Assembly (NCBI GenBank): GCA_903889965.1
Contig: CAISZM010000003.1
Coordinates: 54,834 to 118,833, forward strand
DNA from: an uncultured Elusimicrobia bacterium
Lineage (GTDB): Bacteria > Elusimicrobiota > Elusimicrobia > Elusimicrobiales > UBA9959
DNA length: 64,000 bases
Direction of reading: 5' to 3'
The notes under the pieces were generated by a model, which saw only the letters and a list, made by a program, of their open reading frames with translations, did not search any database and had not been told where the DNA came from. Of this stretch, positions 8,558 to 17,579 are shown piece after piece. How positions within the stretch are numbered: the first letter of the stretch is position 1; every line of letters begins with the position of its first letter. Made by a program: the position numbers and the translations under genes.

Positions 8558-9325
8558 TTACGCCGTCCGCGTGATCATGTCCCCTAAAAATTTATTCCCG
8601 TTCGCGAGCGAAAGCGCGGCTATTTCTTCAGCTGGCTTTCCCAATATGGCCGAAGCGGCCCCTACGATTGCCGCGATGCCGGCCGGCCCGCCGCGCCAGC
8701 CGGGCGCGTCCGCGTCGGGAGCTTCGGTCTCGAACAGCAGCCTGTCTGCCGGAACGGAAAGAAGCGCGCGCCGCAATTTTTCCCTTTTGGGGTCCATGAT
8801 CGCGCCGCCGAAAGAGAAGTAGCCGCCAAATTCGGTAAAGGCCGGAACCATCTCGGCCGGGCCGCCGTAAGAGTGGAACATAAAGGGCCCGGGCTGCTCG
8901 GACTTTATTATCTCTAGCATCCTGCCCCAGGCTTTTACGCAGTGCAGGCAGGCGGGGCGTCCCAGGGTTTTGGCCAGCCGCAATTGCGCCAGGAATGCTG
9001 ACTCCTGCCGCGCCTGGCCCGTGGCGTTCTGACCGCCGTCCAGGCCGATTTCCCCTACGCAGGAGGGGACGCTCCGCAGCAGGCCCTCCAGCTTTTCTAG
9101 CCAGCCGGGCGCGCCTTCCTTGAGGAACCAGGGGTGCAGGCCGAGGCCCGGCGTCACATTTTTATATTTCGCGGCCACGGCAAGGACATCGTCCCAGTCG
9201 GAGGGGCTGGTGCCGCAGCAGATAAGGCCTTCCACGCCTGCGGCCTCGGCCGCGAGCATGGCTTTAGCCAGTTTCTTTTCAGGACGGTAGTCCTGCAGGT
9301 GGTTATGGGCGTCGAAGAACTTCAT
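8558..9325 (-). CDS. TatD-family metal-dependent hydrolase
   Basis: It has the N-terminal FFDAHNHL (HxH metal site), later HS and FETEAPD-type motifs, and is 255 aa long. Confidence 0.85.
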   Translation of the reverse strand: MKFFDAHNHLQDYRPEKKLAKAMLAAEAAGVEGLICCGTSPSDWDDVLAVAAKYKNVTPGLGLHPWFLKEGAPGWLEKLEGLLRSVPSCVGEIGLDGGQNATGQARQESAFLAQLRLAKTLGRPACLHCVKAWGRMLEIIKSEQPGPFMFHSYGGPAEMVPAFTEFGGYFSFGGAIMDPKREKLRRALLSVPADRLLFETEAPDADAPGWRGGPAGIAAIVGAASAILGKPAEEIAALSLANGNKFLGDMITRTA

Positions 9326-9446
9326 CAGAGAAAGTCTACACCATAAACGCCGCCGCGGGCAACGCGAAGATGGCGGCTTTCATATCACTTTGTCAGGCGG
9401 GGCTTAATTTCATATTATAAATACGACGGTTTTTCTGGAGAATAAT

Positions 9447-10328
9447 ATGAAAACGATACTTTTCTTTGCGCTTCTCTCTTCCTTTACTCTGACCCATGCG
9501 GCGGATATAAAACTCCCCTTGGTTCACGGGCACCGCGGTACGCGCGGCACCCGCCCGGAGAACACCCTGCCGGCTTTTAACGAAGCCCTGCGCGTGGGCG
9601 TTAATGTCCTGGAAATGGATATGGATGTGACCAAGGACAATGTGGTGGTCATTTCCCACGAGCCGCAGCTGGTGCCGGAGCGCTGCCTGGCCCCTGACGG
9701 GAAACTCATGGATAAACAGGTGCCCATACATTCGCTGACGCTTGAAGAAGTAAAAAAGTACGACTGCGGATCGCTCCCTAACCCTAAATTCCCCCGCCAG
9801 GTTCCGGTGCCGGGCACACCTATCCCTACGCTGGACGAGGTTTTCTCACTGGTGGAAGCCTCGACCTACCCGGCCGCAGCGGCGGTGGAATTCAACATAG
9901 AAACAAAGATCTTCCCGGCCAAACCGGCGCTTACGCCGTCCCCGGCGGAATTCGCCGCCCTGGTGGCCGCGGTGGTTAAGAAGCACGGCATGGCAAAGCG
10001 CGTGATGGTGCAGTCTTTCGACGTGCGCACGCTGAAGGAAATAAAGAAGATAGCCCCGGAGATACGCACCTCCCAGCTCACCGACGATGATCTGCTGGAC
10101 ATAGTCCCGGCCCTTAAAGCCGCAGGCACCGACATCTGGAGCCCCAATTCCGAGTGGGTGACCCCCGAGGTGATAAGCGAAGCCCACGCAGCCGGCATAC
10201 AGGTGGCCCCATGGACGATAAACACTCCTAAAGAGTGGGATATGGCCATAGCGGCCGGCGTAGACGCCATTATAACTGACTACCCCGCCGACCTGATCGA
10301 ATACTTGAAATCCAAACAAATAAAGTAA
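9447..10328 (+). CDS. glpQ: Periplasmic glycerophosphodiester phosphodiesterase
   Basis: A signal peptide is followed by HGHRGTRGTRPENT, LEMDMDVTKD and the C-terminal GVDAIITDYP. These are GDPD-family hallmarks. Confidence 0.85.
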   Translation: MKTILFFALLSSFTLTHAADIKLPLVHGHRGTRGTRPENTLPAFNEALRVGVNVLEMDMDVTKDNVVVISHEPQLVPERCLAPDGKLMDKQVPIHSLTLEEVKKYDCGSLPNPKFPRQVPVPGTPIPTLDEVFSLVEASTYPAAAAVEFNIETKIFPAKPALTPSPAEFAALVAAVVKKHGMAKRVMVQSFDVRTLKEIKKIAPEIRTSQLTDDDLLDIVPALKAAGTDIWSPNSEWVTPEVISEAHAAGIQVAPWTINTPKEWDMAIAAGVDAIITDYPADLIEYLKSKQIK

Positions 10329-10370
10329 ACCTGTAAGCTTAACTAGCCTTCCAAGGTTCTTAGGCATAAT

Positions 10371-10405
10371 AAAAAACCGCGCCTTCTGATAAGGCGCGGT
10401 TTTTT
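10371..10405. terminator. Bidirectional intrinsic terminator between convergent genes
   Basis: A6, then stem CCGCGCCTT (10377-10385), a 5-nt loop, AAGGCGCGG (10391-10399), then T6. It sits between the glpQ stop and the stop of the minus-strand 191-aa gene. Confidence 0.85.
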
Positions 10406-10425
10406 ATAGTTTAGCCGGTGTATAT

Positions 10426-11001
10426 TTAAGGCTTGCCTTTGAAGCTTTTCGCCAGGCGCTCGAAAACAGGCAGGTACTGTTTATACACTGACTTGGGCGC
10501 GTAAAAATGCAGCGCATAAAACCCTTCCTTTGCGGGAATAAGGTAAAACTTTTCTATTATCTGCACAGTCTCTCCTGATGAGGCTTCAGGGTTAAGCGAA
10601 GTTTTAACCTCGCGGTCAAAAACGAATGCCTTGCGGCCACCTAATTTAATTTCATTGACGGCACTATACCTATCCTCAGTTTCTCCCCAGGAATCTTTAG
10701 AATTTTTGTCTATATAATCTTTATAGTTTTTAAAATAATTTCCACTATTTAGGTAAAAAGCCGCGTAGATTATTACCGGCGATTTATCCGCCCTCGGCCC
10801 GAGCAGTTCCAGTTGCAGAGTCTTATCACGCTTTTCCTTTTTAAGGTCCCGTTCCTGCTGCCAACCGGACGGCACATTGCAACTGAATAACTCGCCGTCC
10901 ATAGTAAAAACCTTAAAGGCGGCCACAGGCGCGGCTTTTTTAACCTCGCCGGAGAAGGCCGGCAGGCTGAGCATAAATAATATGGTCAAAATTTTACACA
11001 T
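10426..11001 (-). CDS. Secreted hypothetical protein (191 aa), last gene of the protease operon
   Basis: It has the signal peptide MCKILTILFMLSLPAFSG and a beta-rich mature part. The gap to the upstream HEXXH gene is 7 nt. Confidence 0.6.
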   Translation of the reverse strand: MCKILTILFMLSLPAFSGEVKKAAPVAAFKVFTMDGELFSCNVPSGWQQERDLKKEKRDKTLQLELLGPRADKSPVIIYAAFYLNSGNYFKNYKDYIDKNSKDSWGETEDRYSAVNEIKLGGRKAFVFDREVKTSLNPEASSGETVQIIEKFYLIPAKEGFYALHFYAPKSVYKQYLPVFERLAKSFKGKP

Positions 11002-11008
11002 ATATGCC

Positions 11009-12895
11009 TCAAAGCGCCGGCACTGCCCTTTTCTTGGCCTGGTAACCGGATTTTAAAACCGAGGCGGCCCAATCCTCGGCGCCGGCATAGTGCTCGTCGT
11101 AAAGGTTATTGTGCAGCAGATCGTCCTGTATCTTCCGCAGGGCCAGGGTCTTTATGTCGCCAGTTGAGCCGGCTATTTCCTGCGCGGACATGCGGCTCAC
11201 CTCCGACATATCTTTCGCGGAGTTATCCAAACCGGAAAGTTCCGCGGCCCCCATATTTTTACGCCGCGCAAGCTCTGTAGAAACAGCGGAGAGTATCTGC
11301 GAAGAAGCTGCTTCTAAAGAAGGCACACCTGAATAATACTGCTGACGAACGGTCACCCCAAATTCCTTCTGGTTTTTCTCAAAACTTTTAGAAAGCTCCA
11401 CCCTTTGCCTGGCGTAAGCGGAAGCTTTGTCCATGGTAAGGAACATGGATTTAAATTTCGGGTCCGAGTCACGCTTTTGGGAAGTGAACAACGCTTCCAT
11501 CGTATTGGACTCTATCTCGTCCTCCTGCGTGTAAGGCTTGTAAATTCCCGCCCTGGCGGCCCAGGAATGCTGAATCTGGTGGGTGGCCTCATGCACAAAA
11601 ACCGGGGCCACGTACTTGGAAAGTGCCGCCAGCTTAGCCTTGTCCTTAACCAAAGCGTCGGCGCTTACATTGTTCACGCGCATATACTGCTGCACCAGTT
11701 CGGAGTCCACCACTATCTGCCCGGTCGAGGGCTCGTACTTGGCGTAGCAGCCCTGGCAGGACTTTATGGCTATATCCAGCTTGGCGCCGCCGGAATAAAA
11801 AGCGGCAACCTTGTCGCCGGGGCTGGTGCCTTTCACCTCTTTTACAAGAGAGGTGCGCAGCATGCCGGCCAACAGCGCGTTATTCTGGAACGAGAGCGTC
11901 TCGTCGGGAAGCGAAGGGCCGTTGGGGCGCGGGAGTTTTCCGGCGCGGGACGGCCTGTTTGCGTCCACCTGGCGCTCAAGTTCCACCGCCCCGTTCTTGA
12001 CGTTGTGTTTGTCGAACATATTGCCCAGCAGGAGCATCTGCTGCTCCACCGGCAGGTCTTTAAGCGAGGTTGCCTGCGCCTCTGAAAGCTTGACCTTAAC
12101 CTCTTCGGCTGTTTTCATCTGGGAAAGATAGCGGTCCAGGCGGCCCCTGCCGGAAGCGTCCAAATAGCCGAAGATGGCCGCTTCGGAGAGCTTCTTCTGA
12201 AAACCCGCGGCGGTAGTGGTGGAGGAGTCCATCGTGGCGATCAACATATCTCCCGCTTTCTTAGCCAGATAATCGTTGCGTTCCTTAAGGGTCATCTCCC
12301 CCCAAAGGTTTTTCATGCCGGCCACGGACGTCTGGAAGATGACGTCGTTCTTGCCTATCACGGTAAAATAGGCGCCGGTGGAGTTGTAAACTATCCAGCC
12401 TCGCGAGTTGGGGTTGAAGGTGAAACCGTTAAAAATAATATCCCACTTTTTCACGGCACGCCCTATTAAATCCGTTTTTTCCCCCGAATAGGTCTTGTAT
12501 TTGGCGGCCCAGTCCAGCGTTTTTTCAGGCTCGGGCGCCAGGCCGACCTTGGCCAGGGCGCCGTCGGGCGTAAGACGCAGCGCAAGGGAAGAACTCAGGG
12601 CCCTTTCCCGGGAAGCGGGCCAGTTCGCGTCCAGCAGTTTTTCAAAATCGATTATAGCCGAAGCTTTGCCCTTTATGCCGGCTGCGCGGTCAGGCGCTAT
12701 CAGGGCGAGCTTGCCAAGCAGGTCGGCGTCGTCCATAAAATCCCTGGCGGCCGAGGGGCTGGCGGAACTTATCCCGGCCTCGAAACCCGCAAGGCGGGAA
12801 GACTCCTCCGCGGTCAGCTCCTGGGCAACAGCGCCCGCTGCCCAGGCCAAAACCAGGGCGGAGAATATCGCGGGGATAAGGCGTTTCCTGTTCAT
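11009..12895 (-). CDS. Secreted protein with HEXXH zinc-metallopeptidase motif
   Basis: The start is moved to Met28 (signal peptide MNRKRLIPAIFSALVLAWAAGAVAQE, with GAGG 5-6 nt upstream). HEATH is followed about 20 residues later by QEDEIE, a gluzincin-like spacing. The rest of the protein has no family that I recognise. Confidence 0.6.
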   Translation of the reverse strand: MNRKRLIPAIFSALVLAWAAGAVAQELTAEESSRLAGFEAGISSASPSAARDFMDDADLLGKLALIAPDRAAGIKGKASAIIDFEKLLDANWPASRERALSSSLALRLTPDGALAKVGLAPEPEKTLDWAAKYKTYSGEKTDLIGRAVKKWDIIFNGFTFNPNSRGWIVYNSTGAYFTVIGKNDVIFQTSVAGMKNLWGEMTLKERNDYLAKKAGDMLIATMDSSTTTAAGFQKKLSEAAIFGYLDASGRGRLDRYLSQMKTAEEVKVKLSEAQATSLKDLPVEQQMLLLGNMFDKHNVKNGAVELERQVDANRPSRAGKLPRPNGPSLPDETLSFQNNALLAGMLRTSLVKEVKGTSPGDKVAAFYSGGAKLDIAIKSCQGCYAKYEPSTGQIVVDSELVQQYMRVNNVSADALVKDKAKLAALSKYVAPVFVHEATHQIQHSWAARAGIYKPYTQEDEIESNTMEALFTSQKRDSDPKFKSMFLTMDKASAYARQRVELSKSFEKNQKEFGVTVRQQYYSGVPSLEAASSQILSAVSTELARRKNMGAAELSGLDNSAKDMSEVSRMSAQEIAGSTGDIKTLALRKIQDDLLHNNLYDEHYAGAEDWAASVLKSGYQAKKRAVPAL

Positions 12896-12902
12896 AACAG
12901 CC

Positions 12903-14300
12903 TCACTGCTCCTGTCCCAGTAAAATTTTAATAAGGTCATCCCAGAGCGAATCGCGGGCGAACATGGTTTCGTCATAGCTGGGATCGTATATCAGCTTGG
13001 GCACATAAACGGCGATACCCTTGGCCCGGGCATAAGACGGGCCGGGGCCGGTAGACTCGCTGGCTATCACATAGCTGCCTCCGTCAATGAAGCGCATGAA
13101 GGCAATGCCTTTGGCCTTGAGCTTCGGAGAAATATCGGGTGTATCTGTCACATTAAGCACGAAGTCATAAAGGTCGCGCGAGAGGGCGTTGTAGGCGCCG
13201 TCTTTATCGGGCTCGGCGTATTCAAAGGCCAGGGTCTTGGCCATGGCGGCCTTTAGCGCGGGGATATTGGCCGGCTTTTTAGCCTCCGCCACCCAGGTGT
13301 TAAGCGCCTTCACGAAATCGGCCGAGGCGGAAGTGCGCAGCGCCGAAAGGGTAGTTCCCTCTTTGGCGTCCAGCATCAGGCCGCCGCTGGCTTCGTAAAA
13401 ATCGTCGAATTTTTTAACCAGCATCCGGCTGAGCTGCTCAGGGGACATGCCGGGATCGGCGGTCAGGCCCGCCAGCACGGTATCATAAGGCAGACCCTGG
13501 CCGGGGACTATTTCCTCCGAACCGACCACGAAGTCGGTAACGTCCTTAAGCTCGTAGGCCACGCTGGCCATCTGCATAAGGCAGGCGTCGGTGTCCAGGA
13601 CATCCACTTTTTTCCCGGTGGCGGAGCGTATTTCTCCCAGCGCCATAGCTATCTGCTTGTTGCGTATGAAGTTGCGGGTCGTGTCGTCGTACGCGATGCC
13701 GAGTTCGGCGCCGGAATTATCGGCCCCGCCTATATCCAGACGGCCGGAGCCGTGGTTCCACAGTATAACCATCACCTTTTTGGCCGGGTAGCGGCGTATG
13801 GACCACTTTGCAAAATCCACGAGATGCTTCCAGCTCCCCATATCCGCGTTCGGCACTTTCACGGCCTGTGAAATTATATGCGTCACATCATGGTCACCCC
13901 TGACCAGGTCGGCCACGGGGTACTGCGTATCTTTCTGTACCAGGAAGCGCGCGGAGGTGCCCCTGTCGCGCAGCAGCCCCAGTTCTACAGCCACGGCCAC
14001 CTTATCGGTGGAGCCTACGGTCTCCATCTCGTTCACGTCCGCTACCGCTGCGGGCCAGAGATTATTGCGGCCGTTCACGAACACCAGCACAAGCCATTCC
14101 CTCTCGGCCGCGGGCACGGCGACGGGAGCGGGGGCCACTACAGCTGCCGGGGCTGAAACCGTGGGAGCTGTTACGCCAGAAGGGCACGCTGCGCGGGAGG
14201 GGAGATCCCGATAGAGGCTGTCAAAAGAAACATCCTGGGCACTTAAGCCCGTTGCAAGTGCGGCTATCGCCGCCAGAGTAACAAGGAGTGTTTTCTTCAT
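12903..14300 (-). CDS. Clostripain-like cysteine peptidase (family C11), secreted
   Basis: The start is moved to the ATG giving the signal peptide MKKTLLVTLAAIAALATGLSAQD. The catalytic His context is ILWNHGSG and the Cys context is LDTDACLM, typical of C11. Confidence 0.75.
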   Translation of the reverse strand: MKKTLLVTLAAIAALATGLSAQDVSFDSLYRDLPSRAACPSGVTAPTVSAPAAVVAPAPVAVPAAEREWLVLVFVNGRNNLWPAAVADVNEMETVGSTDKVAVAVELGLLRDRGTSARFLVQKDTQYPVADLVRGDHDVTHIISQAVKVPNADMGSWKHLVDFAKWSIRRYPAKKVMVILWNHGSGRLDIGGADNSGAELGIAYDDTTRNFIRNKQIAMALGEIRSATGKKVDVLDTDACLMQMASVAYELKDVTDFVVGSEEIVPGQGLPYDTVLAGLTADPGMSPEQLSRMLVKKFDDFYEASGGLMLDAKEGTTLSALRTSASADFVKALNTWVAEAKKPANIPALKAAMAKTLAFEYAEPDKDGAYNALSRDLYDFVLNVTDTPDISPKLKAKGIAFMRFIDGGSYVIASESTGPGPSYARAKGIAVYVPKLIYDPSYDETMFARDSLWDDLIKILLGQEQ

Positions 14301-14434
14301 AACAAGCCCTGCGATATTGTTGCTCACTGCTTGATCTTTATCAAAGGTCCTAGGTCCCGGCCGCCACTAGGCCCTAAGCCCTATCCGAACCCCGTTTGCT
14401 ATTATCATCGACGGTGCTGAAACACCTATAGTAT

Positions 14435-14468
14435 AGCAGACCCCCTTGACATGTCAAGGGGGTCTGCT
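14435..14468. terminator. Perfect 34-nt palindrome (hairpin), probable terminator or insulator
   Basis: AGCAGACCCCCTTGACA|TGTCAAGGGGGTCTGCT. It lies 20 nt past the stop of the 217-aa minus-strand gene and upstream of the C11 gene. No strong U-tract is present. Confidence 0.5.
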
Positions 14469-14488
14469 TAAGGAAGGCTCCGCTTATC

Positions 14489-15142
14489 TTATTTAAGCGC
14501 TTCGGCCGCGAAGATCTTGGCCTCTTCGATAAAAGCCGGCCAGCCGCTAACCGGCAGATGACCTTCGCGTTTAAAGAAGACGAAATACTTTCCCGAACCC
14601 TGAACGCGCAGGCCAAGGTTGCGCTCGAACCAGGCCGCCCGCTCCGGATTGAAGAACATGCGAACCGCCGCCTCGTCCGCGCCTGTCAGGCGGTATTTAT
14701 CGGAAAACAACGGGAATGCCGGCAGGTCTATATCCTTAAAGCCTATCATCTCCCCCACCTTGTAGATGAAAGATTCCGGCTTCAAATCGAAATTTGGCGC
14801 CAAGCAGGAGCATTCGATAAGCGCCAGCGTAAGCCTGTGGGCGGTGCTGTTCCGCCCGCCGCCCGTGGTATAACCGTAATCAAAAAAAGCGAACTGCCCC
14901 GCGGAGGCGGAGGTTTTGATCATATTGGAAGCCTTACGGGAATGACCGCGCTTAAAGATCTCAAGCCCCGTGGCTTCCAGTTCCGCCTGGGCCGGCCCCT
15001 CTTTAGAGAACAGCAGCCCGATCGAGGCGGCCAGGGCGGCTATCTGGGTCCGTCTTTTGTAATTCAAATACACCACTATCCCCACTACAGAGGCCGCGAT
15101 CGCCGCAAACGCTATAAAAGGGTATGCATGAGATATATTCAT
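14489..15142 (-). CDS. N-terminally membrane-anchored hypothetical protein (217 aa)
   Basis: One N-terminal TM segment (YPFIAFAAIAASVVGIVVYL) precedes a soluble domain. I recognised no family. Confidence 0.6.
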   Translation of the reverse strand: MNISHAYPFIAFAAIAASVVGIVVYLNYKRRTQIAALAASIGLLFSKEGPAQAELEATGLEIFKRGHSRKASNMIKTSASAGQFAFFDYGYTTGGGRNSTAHRLTLALIECSCLAPNFDLKPESFIYKVGEMIGFKDIDLPAFPLFSDKYRLTGADEAAVRMFFNPERAAWFERNLGLRVQGSGKYFVFFKREGHLPVSGWPAFIEEAKIFAAEALK

Positions 15143-15190
15143 TTATCCTCCCTAAAGAACCGCAGCGGCGAACAAGCCAGGCCGCAGCAG

Positions 15191-15472
15191 TTATTTTCCG
15201 CCGACGCCGCCGCTATCCGGGACAGCGAATTCTTCCCTGGCATTTTTCTCGTAAATAACTTTGGCCGCTTTAACTTTTTCCATCCGGGTCACCGAGACCC
15301 TTGCGTATTTGCCCGGTATCTCCAGCAGGCCTACGCTTTTTGCCGAACCTGTAGACGCCTCCGCGGAGAACTCCGCCCCGGCCTTAGGCTCGGGGATATT
15401 CTCCGGGGCCCTTTTCCTGCAGGCGGAAAAAACAGCGGCAATGACAAGAAAAGCCGTTACGCTCTTAAACAT
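15191..15472 (-). CDS. Small putative lipoprotein (93 aa)
   Basis: The signal peptide has a lipobox-like VFSAC. The ORF is short, so coding status is less certain. Confidence 0.5.
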   Translation of the reverse strand: MFKSVTAFLVIAAVFSACRKRAPENIPEPKAGAEFSAEASTGSAKSVGLLEIPGKYARVSVTRMEKVKAAKVIYEKNAREEFAVPDSGGVGGK

Positions 15473-15511
15473 GATCCCCCCACCCCTTAGCCTTGAACCG
15501 CGCTCTTCGTT

Positions 15512-16522
15512 TTAAAGCCTGGCTATACGCTCGGCTATCTGAACCGAATTAAGGGCCGCGCCCTTGTAAAGGTTATCGGACACTATCCAAAGCTGGAACT
15601 CATTAGCGCCGGTCCTGGCTTTGCGCAGCCGCCCGGCGTAAACGATCTCCGTGCGCAGCCCGTGCTCTAGCGGTGTGGGGTAATTTTCGGGTTTCCGGCT
15701 GAATTTCAGGCCGGGGGTACGGAGCAGCGCGCTTCTAAGCGCCGCCAGGGAACAGGGCTTGCCGGTCTTGAACCAGACGGCGAGGGAATGCCCCCGCAAG
15801 ATCGGAACGCGCACCGCGGTACTGCTTATTTTTATCCTCTTATCATTCCAGATCTTCTTCAGCTCGGCTTCCACTTTATTCTCTTCCACCGAATTGCCGG
15901 CGGCGTCGAAGCCCCCCACCTGCGGGAAAAGATTGAAGGCGATAGGGCGCGGGAAGACCCGTCCCTTCAGTTCCGGCACCGAGCCTTTTTTAAAATAGGA
16001 CTTCAGCTCCGATTCCAGCTGGCACATGGCCGCCTTGCCGGCGCCGGAAACGGCCTGATAGGTGGCCAGGCGCAATTCGGTGACCCCGAAACGGCGGTGT
16101 ATACCGGCAAGCGCCACGGCGGCCCCCGTAAGCGTGCAGTTGGGACCCGCTATAAGCTTACCGGAAGATTCAAGCTCCGCGCCGTTGACCTCGGGTATCA
16201 CAAGGGGCACTCCGGCCGATAGTCGGAAGCGGGAGGAATCGTCTATGCACCAGGTCCCGGAGGCGGCAAGCCGCGGCGCGAATTTTCCGGCGACCTCGTC
16301 GGTGGAAACGAAAAAAGCTATATCCGCCCTGCCGAGGGCGGAGAGCGAAGGCTTTACGCAGGGATATTTTTTCCCGCGGAAAATAACGTTCGCCGGCCGC
16401 TTTCCTGAATTGAAAGGGTAGAATTCCCTTACCGGGAAACGCCGGTTCTCCAGCAGCCGCAGAAGTTCCCCCCCCACCATACCGGAGGCCCCTACCACCG
16501 CGATATTAAATCCATTCGGCAT
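15512..16522 (-). CDS. asd: Aspartate-semialdehyde dehydrogenase
   Basis: It has VVGASGMVGGEL (NADP-binding), the active-site Cys context IAGPNCT, and is 336 aa long. Confidence 0.88.
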   Translation of the reverse strand: MPNGFNIAVVGASGMVGGELLRLLENRRFPVREFYPFNSGKRPANVIFRGKKYPCVKPSLSALGRADIAFFVSTDEVAGKFAPRLAASGTWCIDDSSRFRLSAGVPLVIPEVNGAELESSGKLIAGPNCTLTGAAVALAGIHRRFGVTELRLATYQAVSGAGKAAMCQLESELKSYFKKGSVPELKGRVFPRPIAFNLFPQVGGFDAAGNSVEENKVEAELKKIWNDKRIKISSTAVRVPILRGHSLAVWFKTGKPCSLAALRSALLRTPGLKFSRKPENYPTPLEHGLRTEIVYAGRLRKARTGANEFQLWIVSDNLYKGAALNSVQIAERIARL

Positions 16523-16545
16523 AATTTATACAGTGCGCGCCGCGG

Positions 16546-17574
16546 CTACTCCTCTTTTGCGGCCGCCGGCATGGCGGGCACGGTTATCTCTTTTGAGTAA
16601 CCGGTGTTCTCCAGGTTATCCTGCGCCGCCGCCCTCAGATAGAACAAATCCTTCGATACCTCGCCGCGGCCCAGGGTCCAGAAATACGGCGCTTTATACA
16701 GGTAGCCGGTCACGCGCTGCCAGTCGAACTTGTCGTAGGAAACCTCCAGCCAGGCCGCGCGCACGTCCTCGCCGATGGCGGCGAAGGAAACGCTTATTTC
16801 ATCCTCACCAAGTTCGGCCGAGAAGCCTTTCACAAGGACCTTGTACTCGTTCGCCGGCACCAGCTTAATGGCTATGGCCGGTTTGAGGCCGGAAATAGGT
16901 GTTTCGAGAACGCCGTCGCCCGACGGGGCATTTCCCTTTATGGAGCGGTTAAGCCAGACATCCTCCGCGGAGCTGTCGCCCATGGCGGCCGCCACTATCG
17001 GCGCGCTTGATGCGGAAGTAAAATACCTGGAGGAGGACCATAGCGCCAGGTAATTATCGGCCCCAGCCGATACGCGGGACAGCGGTATCTCCGCCCAAAC
17101 CCAGCTGGAGGAGTCCACCCCCGCAAGGGCGTCGTTGGGCAACGGCTCGCGGGGGATATCGGCCGCCTCCGTCAGAAAATAGGTGTGGTCAGAATTGAAG
17201 GTCGGCGACTGGTTAAGCGCCATATATATCTTGCCGGGTATGGGGGTGGTGTCCCAGGAGGCGGGCCACGACATTATTTTTGAGCGGCCCAGCTTGGCCC
17301 CGATAAAGGCTTTGGCGTAGCCGGCCGTGTCGACCGGAGGCAGCTTAACGATCCAGCAGTTGTTATACCCGACGTACCAGTCGGCGTGGAAGCCGCCGTC
17401 GGCGTAGAGATAGTATTTGCCGAGGTTCTTTTCAGGGGCGAAATAGACGGGCACCGGCGACTTGGCCGAAAATGCCGGCCCCCTGTCGCCCTCCGACGGC
17501 GCGGGCTGCGCGCGCGCCGCGCTTAAACCCGCCGCCAGGACGACCGCCGCGAAAAAATAGCGCATCATAACCAT
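16546..17574 (-). CDS. Secreted hypothetical protein (342 aa)
   Basis: It has the signal peptide FFAAVVLAAGLSAARAQ and a Trp/Tyr-rich beta-type sequence. I recognised no motif. Confidence 0.6.
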   Translation of the reverse strand: MVMMRYFFAAVVLAAGLSAARAQPAPSEGDRGPAFSAKSPVPVYFAPEKNLGKYYLYADGGFHADWYVGYNNCWIVKLPPVDTAGYAKAFIGAKLGRSKIMSWPASWDTTPIPGKIYMALNQSPTFNSDHTYFLTEAADIPREPLPNDALAGVDSSSWVWAEIPLSRVSAGADNYLALWSSSRYFTSASSAPIVAAAMGDSSAEDVWLNRSIKGNAPSGDGVLETPISGLKPAIAIKLVPANEYKVLVKGFSAELGEDEISVSFAAIGEDVRAAWLEVSYDKFDWQRVTGYLYKAPYFWTLGRGEVSKDLFYLRAAAQDNLENTGYSKEITVPAMPAAAKEE

Positions 17575-17579
17575 CTGTG

